From the NCBI GenBank assembly GCA_904063045.1, contig CAJFCJ010000003.1:1-64000 (forward strand): a stretch of 64,000 nt of DNA, in the 5' to 3' direction. The translations under genes were made by a program, and so were the position numbers. The notes under the pieces were generated by a model. The model made no database searches and was not told where the DNA came from. It saw nothing but the letters and a program-made list of their open reading frames with translations. This DNA is from Dimorphilus gyrociliatus. Taxonomy: Eukaryota > Animalia > Annelida. Below, in pieces: positions 37,700-50,307 of this stretch (position 1 is its first letter; each line of letters starts with the position of its first letter).

Positions 37700-40600
37700 T
37701 CAGAAGTAAGGAGAGTCAAGAGGTTTTGAGGAACAGTACAACTTACAAACTTACAAACTTACACTTCACATCTGATCAACAAACAAACATACAAATACAA
37801 ACAAATACAAATGCAAACATAGATGCATCTATACATTCAAATATCACAGAAAACAATTTTCACCACAAACAATCTAAATTGCAAACAACAATAGACACAT
37901 ACTCAAAAACAAAAAATACTTATCTTAAAACCTACAAACATCAATACAACAAATCATTTTCATACAAGGTAAGACTAAGTTAACCAACAAAACACATATA
38001 CCCCAAAAAACATTATAATGTTATTTTCAAAACTTACAAACATCAATACAAACAAAAAATTAAAGGCAAGGTAGGACTCAGTTAAAGAATTGATCCTAGC
38101 CTCCCCTTCAAGGTAGCAGTAAGAGAAGCTATACTCAGAAATGACCCTGATGAGTCTTTGCTAAAAGGGGAAGACGAAACCATGGTAGGTCAAAAATTCT
38201 TTGGCAATCATTTGAAAACTCAACACATTGATCAAAATAAAACATACATTCAACAAAAAAGTTCATTCTTCATAGTTGTACAAAAAGTTCTTACTCTTGC
38301 ATTCCATCTTGGGATCTCCTGAAACTTTCGATGAAAGTTATTCAACTTTTGTCAGAACTCAGATCTTAGTGTCTAGTTCAACATTATGAAAACCTAATCA
38401 GAAGTAAGGAGAGTCAAGAGGTTTTGAGGAACAGTACAACTTACAAACTTACAAACTTACACTTCACATCTGATCAACAAACAAACATACAAATACAAAC
38501 AAATACAAATGCAAACATAGATGCATCTATACATTCAAATATCACAGAAAACAATTTTCACCACAAACAATCTAAATTGCAAACAACAATAGACACATAC
38601 TCAAAAACAAAAAATACTTATCTTAAAACCTACAAACATCAATACAACAAATCATTTTCATACAAGGTAAGACTAAGTTAACCAACAAAACACATATACC
38701 CCAAAAAACATTATAATGTTATTTTCAAAACTTACAAACATCAATACAAACAAAAAATTAAAGGCAAGGTAGGACTCAGTTAAAGAATTGATCCTAGCCT
38801 CCCCTTCAAGGTAGCAGTAAGAGAAGCTATACTCAGAAATGACCCTGATGAGTCTTTGCTAAAAGGGGAAGACGAAACCATGGTAGGTCAAAAATTCTTT
38901 GGCAATCATTTGAAAACTCAACACATTGATCAAAATAAAACATACATTCAACAAAAAAGTTCATTCTTCATAGTTGTACAAAAAGTTCTTACTCTTGCAT
39001 TCCATCTTGGGATCTCCTGAAACTTTCGATGAAAGTTATTCAACTTTTGTCAGAACTCAGATCTTAGTGTCTAGTTCAACATTATGAAAACCTAATCAGA
39101 AGTAAGGAGAGTCAAGAGGTTTTGAGGAACAGTACAACTTACAAACTTACAAACTTACACTTCACATCTGATCAACAAACAAACATACAAATACAAACAA
39201 ATACAAATGCAAACATAGATGCATCTATACATTCAAATATCACAGAAAACAATTTTCACCACAAACAATCTAAATTGCAAACAACAATAGACACATACTC
39301 AAAAACAAAAAATACTTATCTTAAAACCTACAAACATCAATACAACAAATCATTTTCATACAAGGTAAGACTAAGTTAACCAACAAAACACATATACCCC
39401 AAAAAACATTATAATGTTATTTTCAAAACTTACAAACATCAATACAAACAAAAAATTAAAGGCAAGGTAGGACTCAGTTAAAGAATTGATCCTAGCCTCC
39501 CCTTCAAGGTAGCAGTAAGAGAAGCTATACTCAGAAATGACCCTGATGAGTCTTTGCTAAAAGGGGAAGACGAAACCATGGTAGGTCAAAAATTCTTTGG
39601 CAATCATTTGAAAACTCAACACATTGATCAAAATAAAACATACATTCAACAAAAAAGTTCATTCTTCATAGTTGTACAAAAAGTTCTTACTCTTGCATTC
39701 CATCTTGGGATCTCCTGAAACTTTCGATGAAAGTTATTCAACTTTTGTCAGAACTCAGATCTTAGTGTCTAGTTCAACATTATGAAAACCTAATCAGAAG
39801 TAAGGAGAGTCAAGAGGTTTTGAGGAACAGTACAACTTACAAACTTACAAACTTACACTTCACATCTGATCAACAAACAAACATACAAATACAAACAAAT
39901 ACAAATGCAAACATAGATGCATCTATACATTCAAATATCACAGAAAACAATTTTCACCACAAACAATCTAAATTGCAAACAACAATAGACACATACTCAA
40001 AACAAAAAATACTTATCTTAAAACCTACAAACATCAATACAACAAATCATTTTCATACAAGGTAAGACTAAGTTAACCAACAAAACACATATACCCCAAA
40101 AAACATTATAATGTTATTTTCAAAACTTACAAACATCAATACAAACAAAAAATTAAAGGCAAGGTAGGACTCAGTTAAAGAATTGATCCTAGCCTCCCCT
40201 TCAAGGTAGCAGTAAGAGAAGCTATACTCAGAAATGACCCTGATGAGTCTTTGCTAAAAGGGGAAGACGAAACCATGGTAGGTCAAAAATTCTTTGGCAA
40301 TCATTTGAAAACTCAACACATTGATCAAAATAAAACATACATTCAACAAAAAAGTTCATTCTTCATAGTTGTACAAAAAGTTCTTACTCTTGCATTCCAT
40401 CTTGGGATCTCCTGAAACTTTCGATGAAAGTTATTCAACTTTTGTCAGAACTCAGATCTTAGTGTCTAGTTCAACATTATGAAAACCTAATCAGAAGTAA
40501 GGAGAGTCAAGAGGTTTTGAGGAACAGTACAACTTACAAACTTACAAACTTACACTTCACATCTGATCAACAAACAAACATACAAATACAAACAAATACA

Positions 40601-43600
40601 AATGCAAACATAGATGCATCTATACATTCAAATATCACAGAAAACAATTTTCACCACAAACAATCTAAATTGCAAACAACAATAGACACATACTCAAAAA
40701 CAAAAAATACTTATCTTAAAACCTACAAACATCAATACAACAAATCATTTTCATACAAGGTAAGACTAAGTTAACCAACAAAACACATATACCCCAAAAA
40801 ACATTATAATGTTATTTTCAAAACTTACAAACATCAATACAAACAAAAAATTAAAGGCAAGGTAGGACTCAGTTAAAGAATTGATCCTAGCCTCCCCTTC
40901 AAGGTAGCAGTAAGAGAAGCTATACTCAGAAATGACCCTGATGAGTCTTTGCTAAAAGGGGAAGACGAAACCATGGTAGGTCAAAAATTCTTTGGCAATC
41001 ATTTGAAAACTCAACACATTGATCAAAATAAAACATACATTCAACAAAAAAGTTCATTCTTCATAGTTGTACAAAAAGTTCTTACTCTTGCATTCCATCT
41101 TGGGATCTCCTGAAACTTTCGATGAAAGTTATTCAACTTTTGTCAGAACTCAGATCTTAGTGTCTAGTTCAACATTATGAAAACCTAATCAGAAGTAAGG
41201 AGAGTCAAGAGGTTTTGAGGAACAGTACAACTTACAAACTTACAAACTTACACTTCACATCTGATCAACAAACAAACATACAAATACAAACAAATACAAA
41301 TGCAAACATAGATGCATCTATACATTCAAATATCACAGAAAACAATTTTCACCACAAACAATCTAAATTGCAAACAACAATAGACACATACTCAAAAACA
41401 AAAAATACTTATCTTAAAACCTACAAACATCAATACAACAAATCATTTTCATACAAGGTAAGACTAAGTTAACCAACAAAACACATATACCCCAAAAAAC
41501 ATTATAATGTTATTTTCAAAACTTACAAACATCAATACAAACAAAAAATTAAAGGCAAGGTAGGACTCAGTTAAAGAATTGATCCTAGCCTCCCCTTCAA
41601 GGTAGCAGTAAGAGAAGCTATACTCAGAAATGACCCTGATGAGTCTTTGCTAAAAGGGGAAGACGAAACCATGGTAGGTCAAAAATTCTTTGGCAATCAT
41701 TTGAAAACTCAACACATTGATCAAAATAAAACATACATTCAACAAAAAGTTCATTCTTCATAGTTGTACAAAAAGTTCTTACTCTTGCATTCCATCTTGG
41801 GATCTCCTGAAACTTTCGATGAAAGTTATTCAACTTTTGTCAGAACTCAGATCTTAGTGTCTAGTTCAACATTATGAAAACCTAATCAGAAGTAAGGAGA
41901 GTCAAGAGGTTTTGAGGAACAGTACAACTTACAAACTTACAAACTTACACTTCACATCTGATCAACAAACAAACATACAAATACAAACAAATACAAATGC
42001 AAACATAGATGCATCTATACATTCAAATATCACAGAAAACAATTTTCACCACAAACAATCTAAATTGCAAACAACAATAGACACATACTCAAAAACAAAA
42101 ATACTTATCTTAAAACCTACAAACATCAATACAACAAATCATTTTCATACAAGGTAAGACTAAGTTAACCAACAAAACACATATACCCCAAAAAACATTA
42201 TAATGTTATTTTCAAAACTTACAAACATCAATACAAACAAAAAATTAAAGGCAAGGTAGGACTCAGTTAAAGAATAGATCCTAGCCTCCCCTTCAAGGTA
42301 GCAGTAAGAGAAGCTATACTCAGAAATGACCCTGATGAGTCTTTGCTAAAAGGGGAAGACGAAACCATGGTAGGTCAAAAATTCTTTGGCAATCATTTGA
42401 AAACTCAACACATTGATCAAAATAAAACATACATTCAACAAAAAAGTTCATTCTTCATAGTTGTACAAAAAGTTCTTACTCTTGCATTCCATCTTGGGAT
42501 CTCCTGAAACTTTCGATGAAAGTTATTCAACTTTTGTCAGAACTCAGATCTTAGTGTCTAGTTCAACATTATGAAAACCTAATCAGAAGTAAGGAGAGTC
42601 AAGAGGTTTTGAGGAACAGTACAACTTACAAACTTACAAACTTACACTTCACATCTGATCAACAAACAAACATACAAATACAAACAAATACAAATGCAAA
42701 CATAGATGCATCTATACATTCAAATATCACAGAAAACAATTTTCACCACAAACAATCTAAATTGCAAACAACAATAGACACATACTCAAAAACAAAAATA
42801 CTTATCTTAAAACCTACAAACATCAATACAACAAATCATTTTCATACAAGGTAAGACTAAGTTAACCAACAAAACACATATACCCAAAAAACATTATAAT
42901 GTTATTTTCAAAACTTACAAACATCAATACAAACAAAAAATTAAAGGCAAGGTAGGACTCAGTTAAAGAATTGATCCTAGCCTCCCTTCAAGGTAGCAGT
43001 AAGAGAAGCTATACTCAGAAATGACCCTGATGAGTCTTTGCTAAAAGGGGAAGACGAAACCATGGTAGGTCAAAAATTCTTTGGCAATCATTTGAAAACT
43101 CAACACATTGATCAAAATAAAACATACATTCAACAAAAAAGTTCATTCTTCATAGTTGTACAAAAAGTTCTTACTCTTGCATTCCATCTTGGGATCTCCT
43201 GAAACTTTCGATGAAAGTTATTCAACTTTTGTCAGAACTCAGATCTTAGTGTCTAGTTCAACATTATGAAAACCTAATCAGAAGTAAGGAGAGTCAAGAG
43301 GTTTTGAGGAACAGTACAACTTACAAACTTACAAACTTACACTTCACATCTGATCAACAAACAAACATACAAATACAAACAAATACAAATGCAAACATAG
43401 ATGCATCTATACATTCAAATATCACAGAAAACAATTTTCACCACAAACAATCTAAATTGCAAACAACAATAGACACATACTCAAAAACAAAAATACTTAT
43501 CTTAAAACCTACAAACATCAATACAACAAATCATTTTCATACAAGGTAAGACTAAGTTAACCAACAAAACACATATACCCCAAAAAACATTATAATGTTA

Positions 43601-46600
43601 TTTTCAAAACTTACAAACATCAATACAAACAAAAAATTAAAGGCAAGGTAGGACTCAGTTAAAGAATTGATCCTAGCCTCCCCTTCAAGGTAGCAGTAAG
43701 AGAAGCTATACTCAGAAATGACCCTGATGAGTCTTTGCTAAAAGGGGAAGACGAAACCATGGTAGGTCAAAAATTCTTTGGCAATCATTTGAAAACTCAA
43801 CACATTGATCAAAATAAAACATACATTCAACAAAAAAGTTCATTCTTCATAGTTGTACAAAAAGTTCTTACTCTTGCATTCCATCTTGGGATCTCCTGAA
43901 ACTTTCGATGAAAGTTATTCAACTTTTGTCAGAACTCAGATCTTAGTGTCTAGTTCAACATTATGAAAACCTAATCAGAAGTAAGGAGAGTCAAGAGGTT
44001 TTGAGGAACAGTACAACTTACAAACTTACAAACTTACACTTCACATCTGATCAACAAACAAACATACAAATACAAACAAATACAAATGCAAACATAGATG
44101 CATCTATACATTCAAATATCACAGAAAACAATTTTCACCACAAACAATCTAAATTGCAAACAACAATAGACACATACTCAAAAACAAAAAATACTTATCT
44201 TAAAACCTACAAACATCAATACAACAAATCATTTTCATACAAGGTAAGACTAAGTTAACCAACAAAACACATATACCCCAAAAAACATTATAATGTTATT
44301 TTCAAAACTTACAAACATCAATACAAACAAAAAATTAAAGGCAAGGTAGGACTCAGTTAAAGAATTGATCCTAGCCTCCCCTTCAAGGTAGCAGTAAGAG
44401 AAGCTATACTCAGAAATGACCCTGATGAGTCTTTGCTAAAAGGGGAAGACGAAACCATGGTAGGTCAAAAATTCTTTGGCAATCATTTGAAAACTCAACA
44501 CATTGATCAAAATAAAACATACATTCAACAAAAAAGTTCATTCTTCATAGTTGTACAAAAAGTTCTTACTCTTGCATTCCATCTTGGGATCTCCTGAAAC
44601 TTTCGATGAAAGTTATTCAACTTTTGTCAGAACTCAGATCTTAGTGTCTAGTTCAACATTATGAAAACCTAATCAGAAGTAAGGAGAGTCAAGAGGTTTT
44701 GAGGAACAGTACAACTTACAAACTTACAAACTTACACTTCACATCTGATCAACAAACAAACATACAAATACAAACAAATACAAATGCAAACATAGATGCA
44801 TCTATACATTCAAATATCACAGAAAACAATTTTCACCACAAACAATCTAAATTGCAAACAACAATAGACACATACTCAAAAACAAAAAATACTTATCTTA
44901 AAACCTACAAACATCAATACAACAAATCATTTTCATACAAGGTAAGACTAAGTTAACCAACAAAACACATATACCCCAAAAAACATTATAATGTTATTTT
45001 CAAAACTTACAAACATCAATACAAACAAAAAATTAAAGGCAAGGTAGGACTCAGTTAAAGAATTGATCCTAGCCTCCCCTTCAAGGTAGCAGTAAGAGAA
45101 GCTATACTCAGAAATGACCCTGATGAGTCTTTGCTAAAAGGGGAAGACGAAACCATGGTAGGTCAAAAATTCTTTGGCAATCATTTGAAAACTCAACACA
45201 TTGATCAAAATAAAACATACATTCAACAAAAAGTTCATTCTTCATAGTTGTACAAAAAGTTCTTACTCTTGCATTCCATCTTGGGATCTCCTGAAACTTT
45301 CGATGAAAGTTATTCAACTTTTGTCAGAACTCAGATCTTAGTGTCTAGTTCAACATTATGAAAACCTAATCAGAAGTAAGGAGAGTCAAGAGGTTTTGAG
45401 GAACAGTACAACTTACAAACTTACAAACTTACACTTCACATCTGATCAACAAACAAACATACAAATACAAACAAATACAAATGCAAACATAGATGCATCT
45501 ATACATTCAAATATCACAGAAAACAATTTTCACCACAAACAATCTAAATTGCAAACAACAATAGACACATACTCAAAAACAAAAAATACTTATCTTAAAA
45601 CCTACAAACATCAATACAACAAATCATTTTCATACAAGGTAAGACTAAGTTAACCAACAAAACACATATACCCCAAAAAACATTATAATGTTATTTTCAA
45701 AACTTACAAACATCAATACAAACAAAAAATTAAAGGCAAGGTAGGACTCAGTTAAAGAATTGATCCTAGCCTCCCCTTCAAGGTAGCAGTAAGAGAAGCT
45801 ATACTCAGAAATGACCCTGATGAGTCTTTGCTAAAAGGGGAAGACGAAACCATGGTAGGTCAAAAATTCTTTGGCAATCATTTGAAAACTCAACACATTG
45901 ATCAAAATAAAACATACATTCAACAAAAAAGTTCATTCTTCATAGTTGTACAAAAAGTTCTTACTCTTGCATTCCATCTTGGGATCTCCTGAAACTTTCG
46001 ATGAAAGTTATTCAACTTTTGTCAGAACTCAGATCTTAGTGTCTAGTTCAACATTATGAAAACCTAATCAGAAGTAAGGAGAGTCAAGAGGTTTTGAGGA
46101 ACAGTACAACTTACAAACTTACAAACTTACACTTCACATCTGATCAACAAACAAACATACAAATACAAACAAATACAAATGCAAACATAGATGCATCTAT
46201 ACATTCAAATATCACAGAAAACAATTTTCACCACAAACAATCTAAATTGCAAACAACAATAGACACATACTCAAAAACAAAAAATACTTATCTTAAAACC
46301 TACAAACATCAATACAACAAATCATTTTCATACAAGGTAAGACTAAGTTAACCAACAAAACACATATACCCCAAAAAACATTATAATGTTATTTTCAAAA
46401 CTTACAAACATCAATACAAACAAAAAATTAAAGGCAAGGTAGGACTCAGTTAAAGAATTGATCCTAGCCTCCCCTTCAAGGTAGCAGTAAGAGAAGCTAT
46501 ACTCAGAAATGACCCTGATGAGTCTTTGCTAAAAGGGGAAGACGAAACCATGGTAGGTCAAAAATTCTTTGGCAATCATTTGAAAACTCAACACATTGAT

Positions 46601-48860
46601 CAAAATAAAACATACATTCAACAAAAAAGTTCATTCTTCATAGTTGTACAAAAAGTTCTTACTCTTGCATTCCATCTTGGGATCTCCTGAAACTTTCGAT
46701 GAAAGTTATTCAACTTTTGTCAGAACTCAGATCTTAGTGTCTAGTTCAACATTATGAAAACCTAATCAGAAGTAAGGAGAGTCAAGAGGTTTTGAGGAAC
46801 AGTACAACTTACAAACTTACAAACTTACACTTCACATCTGATCAACAAACAAACATACAAATACAAACAAATACAAATGCAAACATAGATGCATCTATAC
46901 ATTCAAATATCACAGAAAACAATTTTCACCACAAACAATCTAAATTGCAAACAACAATAGACACATACTCAAAAACAAAAAATACTTATCTTAAAACCTA
47001 CAAACATCAATACAACAAATCATTTTCATACAAGGTAAGACTAAGTTAACCAACAAAACACATATACCCCAAAAAACATTATAATGTTATTTTCAAAACT
47101 TACAAACATCAATACAAACAAAAAATTAAAGGCAAGGTAGGACTCAGTTAAAGAATTGATCCTAGCCTCCCCTTCAAGGTAGCAGTAAGAGAAGCTATAC
47201 TCAGAAATGACCCTGATGAGTCTTTGCTAAAAGGGGAAGACGAAACCATGGTAGGTCAAAAATTCTTTGGCAATCATTTGAAAACTCAACACATTGATCA
47301 AAATAAAACATACATTCAACAAAAAAGTTCATTCTTCATAGTTGTACAAAAAGTTCTTACTCTTGCATTCCATCTTGGGATCTCCTGAAACTTTCGATGA
47401 AAGTTATTCAACTTTTGTCAGAACTCAGATCTTAGTGTCTAGTTCAACATTATGAAAACCTAATCAGAAGTAAGGAGAGTCAAGAGGTTTTGAGGAACAG
47501 TACAACTTACAAACTTACAAACTTACACTTCACATCTGATCAACAAACAAACATACAAATACAAACAAATACAAATGCAAACATAGATGCATCTATACAT
47601 TCAAATATCACAGAAAACAATTTTCACCACAAACAATCTAAATTGCAAACAACAATAGACACATACTCAAAAACAAAAAATACTTATCTTAAAACCTACA
47701 AACATCAATACAACAAATCATTTTCATACAAGGTAAGACTAAGTTAACCAACAAAACACATATACCCCAAAAAACATTATAATGTTATTTTCAAAACTTA
47801 CAAACATCAATACAAACAAAAAATTAAAGGCAAGGTAGGACTCAGTTAAAGAATTGATCCTAGCCTCCCCTTCAAGGTAGCAGTAAGAGAAGCTATACTC
47901 AGAAATGACCCTGATGAGTCTTTGCTAAAAGGGGAAGACGAAACCATGGTAGGTCAAAAATTCTTTGGCAATCATTTGAAAACTCAACACATTGATCAAA
48001 ATAAAACATACATTCAACAAAAAAGTTCATTCTTCATAGTTGTACAAAAAGTTCTTACTCTTGCATTCCATCTTGGGATCTCCTGAAACTTTCGATGAAA
48101 GTTATTCAACTTTTGTCAGAACTCAGATCTTAGTGTCTAGTTCAACATTATGAAAACCTAATCAGAAGTAAGGAGAGTCAAGAGGTTTTGAGGAACAGTA
48201 CAACTTACAAACTTACAAACTTACACTTCACATCTGATCAACAAACAAACATACAAATACAAACAAATACAAATGCAAACATAGATGCATCTATACATTC
48301 AAATATCACAGAAAACAATTTTCACCACAAACAATCTAAATTGCAAACAACAATAGACACATACTCAAAAACAAAAAATACTTATCTTAAAACCTACAAA
48401 CATCAATACAACAAATCATTTTCATACAAGGTAAGACTAAGTTAACCAACAAAACACATATACCCCAAAAAACATTATAATGTTATTTTCAAAACTTACA
48501 AACATCAATACAAACAAAAAATTAAAGGCAAGGTAGGACTCAGTTAAAGAATTGATCCTAGCCTCCCCTTCAAGGTAGCAGTAAGAGAAGCTATACTCAG
48601 AAATGACCCTGATGAGTCTTTGCTAAAAGGGGAAGACGAAACCATGGTAGGTCAAAAATTCTTTGGCAATCATTTGAAAACTCAACACATTGATCAAAAT
48701 AAAACATACATTCAACAAAAAAGTTCATTCTTCATAGTTGTACAAAAAGTTCTTACTCTTGCATTCCATCTTGGGATCTCCTGAAACTTTCGATGAAAGT
48801 TATTCAACTTTTGTCAGAACTCAGATCTTAGTGTCTAGTTCAACATTATGAAAACCCTAA
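37700..48860 (+). repeat. Tandem array of the 698-bp HHR unit (family A), about 16 near-identical copies
   Basis: Sixteen ORF repeats from 37726 to 48188 (period 695-698). HHRs from 38142-38192 to 48604-48654. Ends at ATGAAAACCCTAA. Confidence 0.97.
38142..38192 (+). ncRNA. Type I hammerhead ribozyme, family A representative (20 canonical copies in the window)
   Basis: TGACC-CTGATGA-GTCTTTGCTAAAAGGGGAAGAC-GAAA-CCATGGTA-GGTCA, with predicted cleavage after A38187. Confidence 0.92.
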
Positions 48861-48977
48861 CCTAACCCTAACCCTAACCCTAACCTAACCTAACCCTAAC
48901 CCTAACATTACAAAAACCTAACCCTAACCCTAACCCTAACCTAACCCTAACCCTAACCTAACCCTAACCCTAACCCT
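48852..48977 (+). repeat. Interstitial telomeric tract with an embedded ACATTACAAAAACCTAA snippet
   Basis: Direct read. The snippet is at 48905-48921. Confidence 0.95.
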
Positions 48978-49344
48978 GAACTCAATAGAGCTCCAAGAGC
49001 TCAAGTGAGCTTCAGCAGTTCTTACAACTTAGTCAGACAAAGAAATGGTCCCTACCAAGGAACAGACTGAGGAGGAAGAAGATGATGACAACTATGATGA
49101 TATGGAAGATGGTGAGTATCAATATGAAAGCACTCCAAAAGAGAATAGCAATATTGGAATACAACAAAGACTCCTAATCAAAAGATCAGGTGATGAATTT
49201 GAAGTAGTACCTTCAAAGAAACAAAGAAAAATGTAGTTAGGTGGCGCTAGTGCAAGGGCAGCCATCTTGTTTTCATGTTTTATATATAAATTTTTTTTTT
49301 TTTGTGGTGATGGTATAAATACTTATGTTTGTGTTCAGTTTAAC

Positions 49345-49389
49345 TTACAACCTGATGAAGCCTCAAGTAGAGGCGAAATATTGTTGTAA
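49345..49389 (+). ncRNA. Minimal type I hammerhead, family D (second copy 49744-49786)
   Basis: TTACAAC-CTGATGA-A-GCCTC-AAGTA-GAGGC-GAAA-TATT-GTTGTAA. 7-bp stem I, 5-bp stem II and a palindromic AATATT rudimentary stem III. Confidence 0.78.
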
Positions 49390-50130
49390 TATGTTTTAAA
49401 GTTTAAAATAAAAAGTTGATGAAAAAGAAAAAATTTAATTGTTATTGAATAAGACTAAGAGTTTGACAGAGCACTGAAGCACCAAGGAGCTCAGACATAG
49501 AGAACTCCTACCTATTGGAAAATTGGTAGAACCCTGGAACACCAACTAACCAGTTCCCAAAACCTGACTAAGACTGGGAGCCCAGATCTATAATCCTGAC
49601 CAAGGAGAACCCCTACCTAACATTGAGTAAAAGTTAGGTATTACACTGGAACACTAGCTAACCAGTTCCCAAAAACATTACCAGAGTTGTGTGAGTGGCC
49701 TAACCCATAACCCTTACCAAACCCTAACCCTAACCCTAACCTAACAACCTGATGAAGCCTCAAGTAGAGGCGAAATATTGTTGTAATATGTTTTAAAGTT
49801 TAAAATAAAAAGTTGATGAAAAAGAAAAAATTTAATTGTTATTGAATAAGACTAAGAGTTTGACAGAGCACTGAAGCACCAAGGAGCTCAGACATAGAGA
49901 ACTCCTACCTATTGGAAAATTGGTAGAACCCTGGAACACCAACTAACCAGTTCCCAAAACCTGACTAGAACTGGGAGCCCAGATCTATAATCCTGACCAA
50001 GGAGAACCCCTACCTAACATTGAGTAAAAGTTAGGTATTACACTGGAACACTAGCTAACCAGTTCCCAAAAACATTACCAGAGTTGTGTGAGTGGCCTAA
50101 CCCATAACCCTTACCAAACCCTAACCTAAC
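49345..50130 (+). mobile_element. Two copies (397-bp spacing) of an unrelated HHR unit (family D, pLTR-like), each ending in a degenerate then canonical telomeric tail
   Basis: 49348-49738 is duplicated at 49745-50130. Tail is CCTAACCCATAACCCTTACCAAACCCTAACC. Confidence 0.85.
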
Positions 50131-50244
50131 ACTCAATAACATGTTCTTAGAATCTTTATCAATCAACAATATACCAAGTATCTGTAGAGAACTCCTTTTA
50201 TAAGACTTCTCAAAACTGTCTAGTCTGTTTAAATTTAATGCTAG

Positions 50245-50307
50245 TGACTCTGATGAGTCCCAGATATATAAATATTGTAGAGAGGGGGACGAAACCACAG
50301 TAGGTCA
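50245..50307 (+). ncRNA. Diverged hammerhead, family E (unit 50131-50494, ending AAAACCTAACCTAACCCTA)
   Basis: TGACT-CTGATGA-GTCCC..24-nt loop..GGGAC-GAAA-CCACAGTA-GGTCA. Stem II is compensated relative to families A-C; stem III is only 2 bp. Confidence 0.8.

Larger units (their letters stand above)
16600..48860 (+). mobile_element. Giant Terminon-like PLE: antisense ORF cluster, divergent control region, ORF1-like gene, RT gene and HHR array; may extend left to 12656
   Basis: Right end is the AAAAC(C)CTAA anchor fused to a telomeric tract. ORFs on both strands share an SGNH-like domain with the RT protein. No substantial telomeric tract lies between 12655 and 48852 (only short CCCTAA snippets, e.g. 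~14705). The left boundary is inferred. Confidence 0.65.

Noticed and set aside
10190-42280. Same T>A variant (AGAATAGATCC) in one unit of each family A array
   Set aside because: A single site at different offsets from the array ends. Shared ancestry cannot be separated from recurrent error.
5559-48445. Repeated 89-, 68-, 85- and 81-aa ORFs in the 626- and 698-bp units
   Set aside because: Low-complexity products of A/C-rich spacers, mostly with non-ATG starts. Single-base indels change them freely and they are not conserved between families A, B and C, whereas the RNA structure is.
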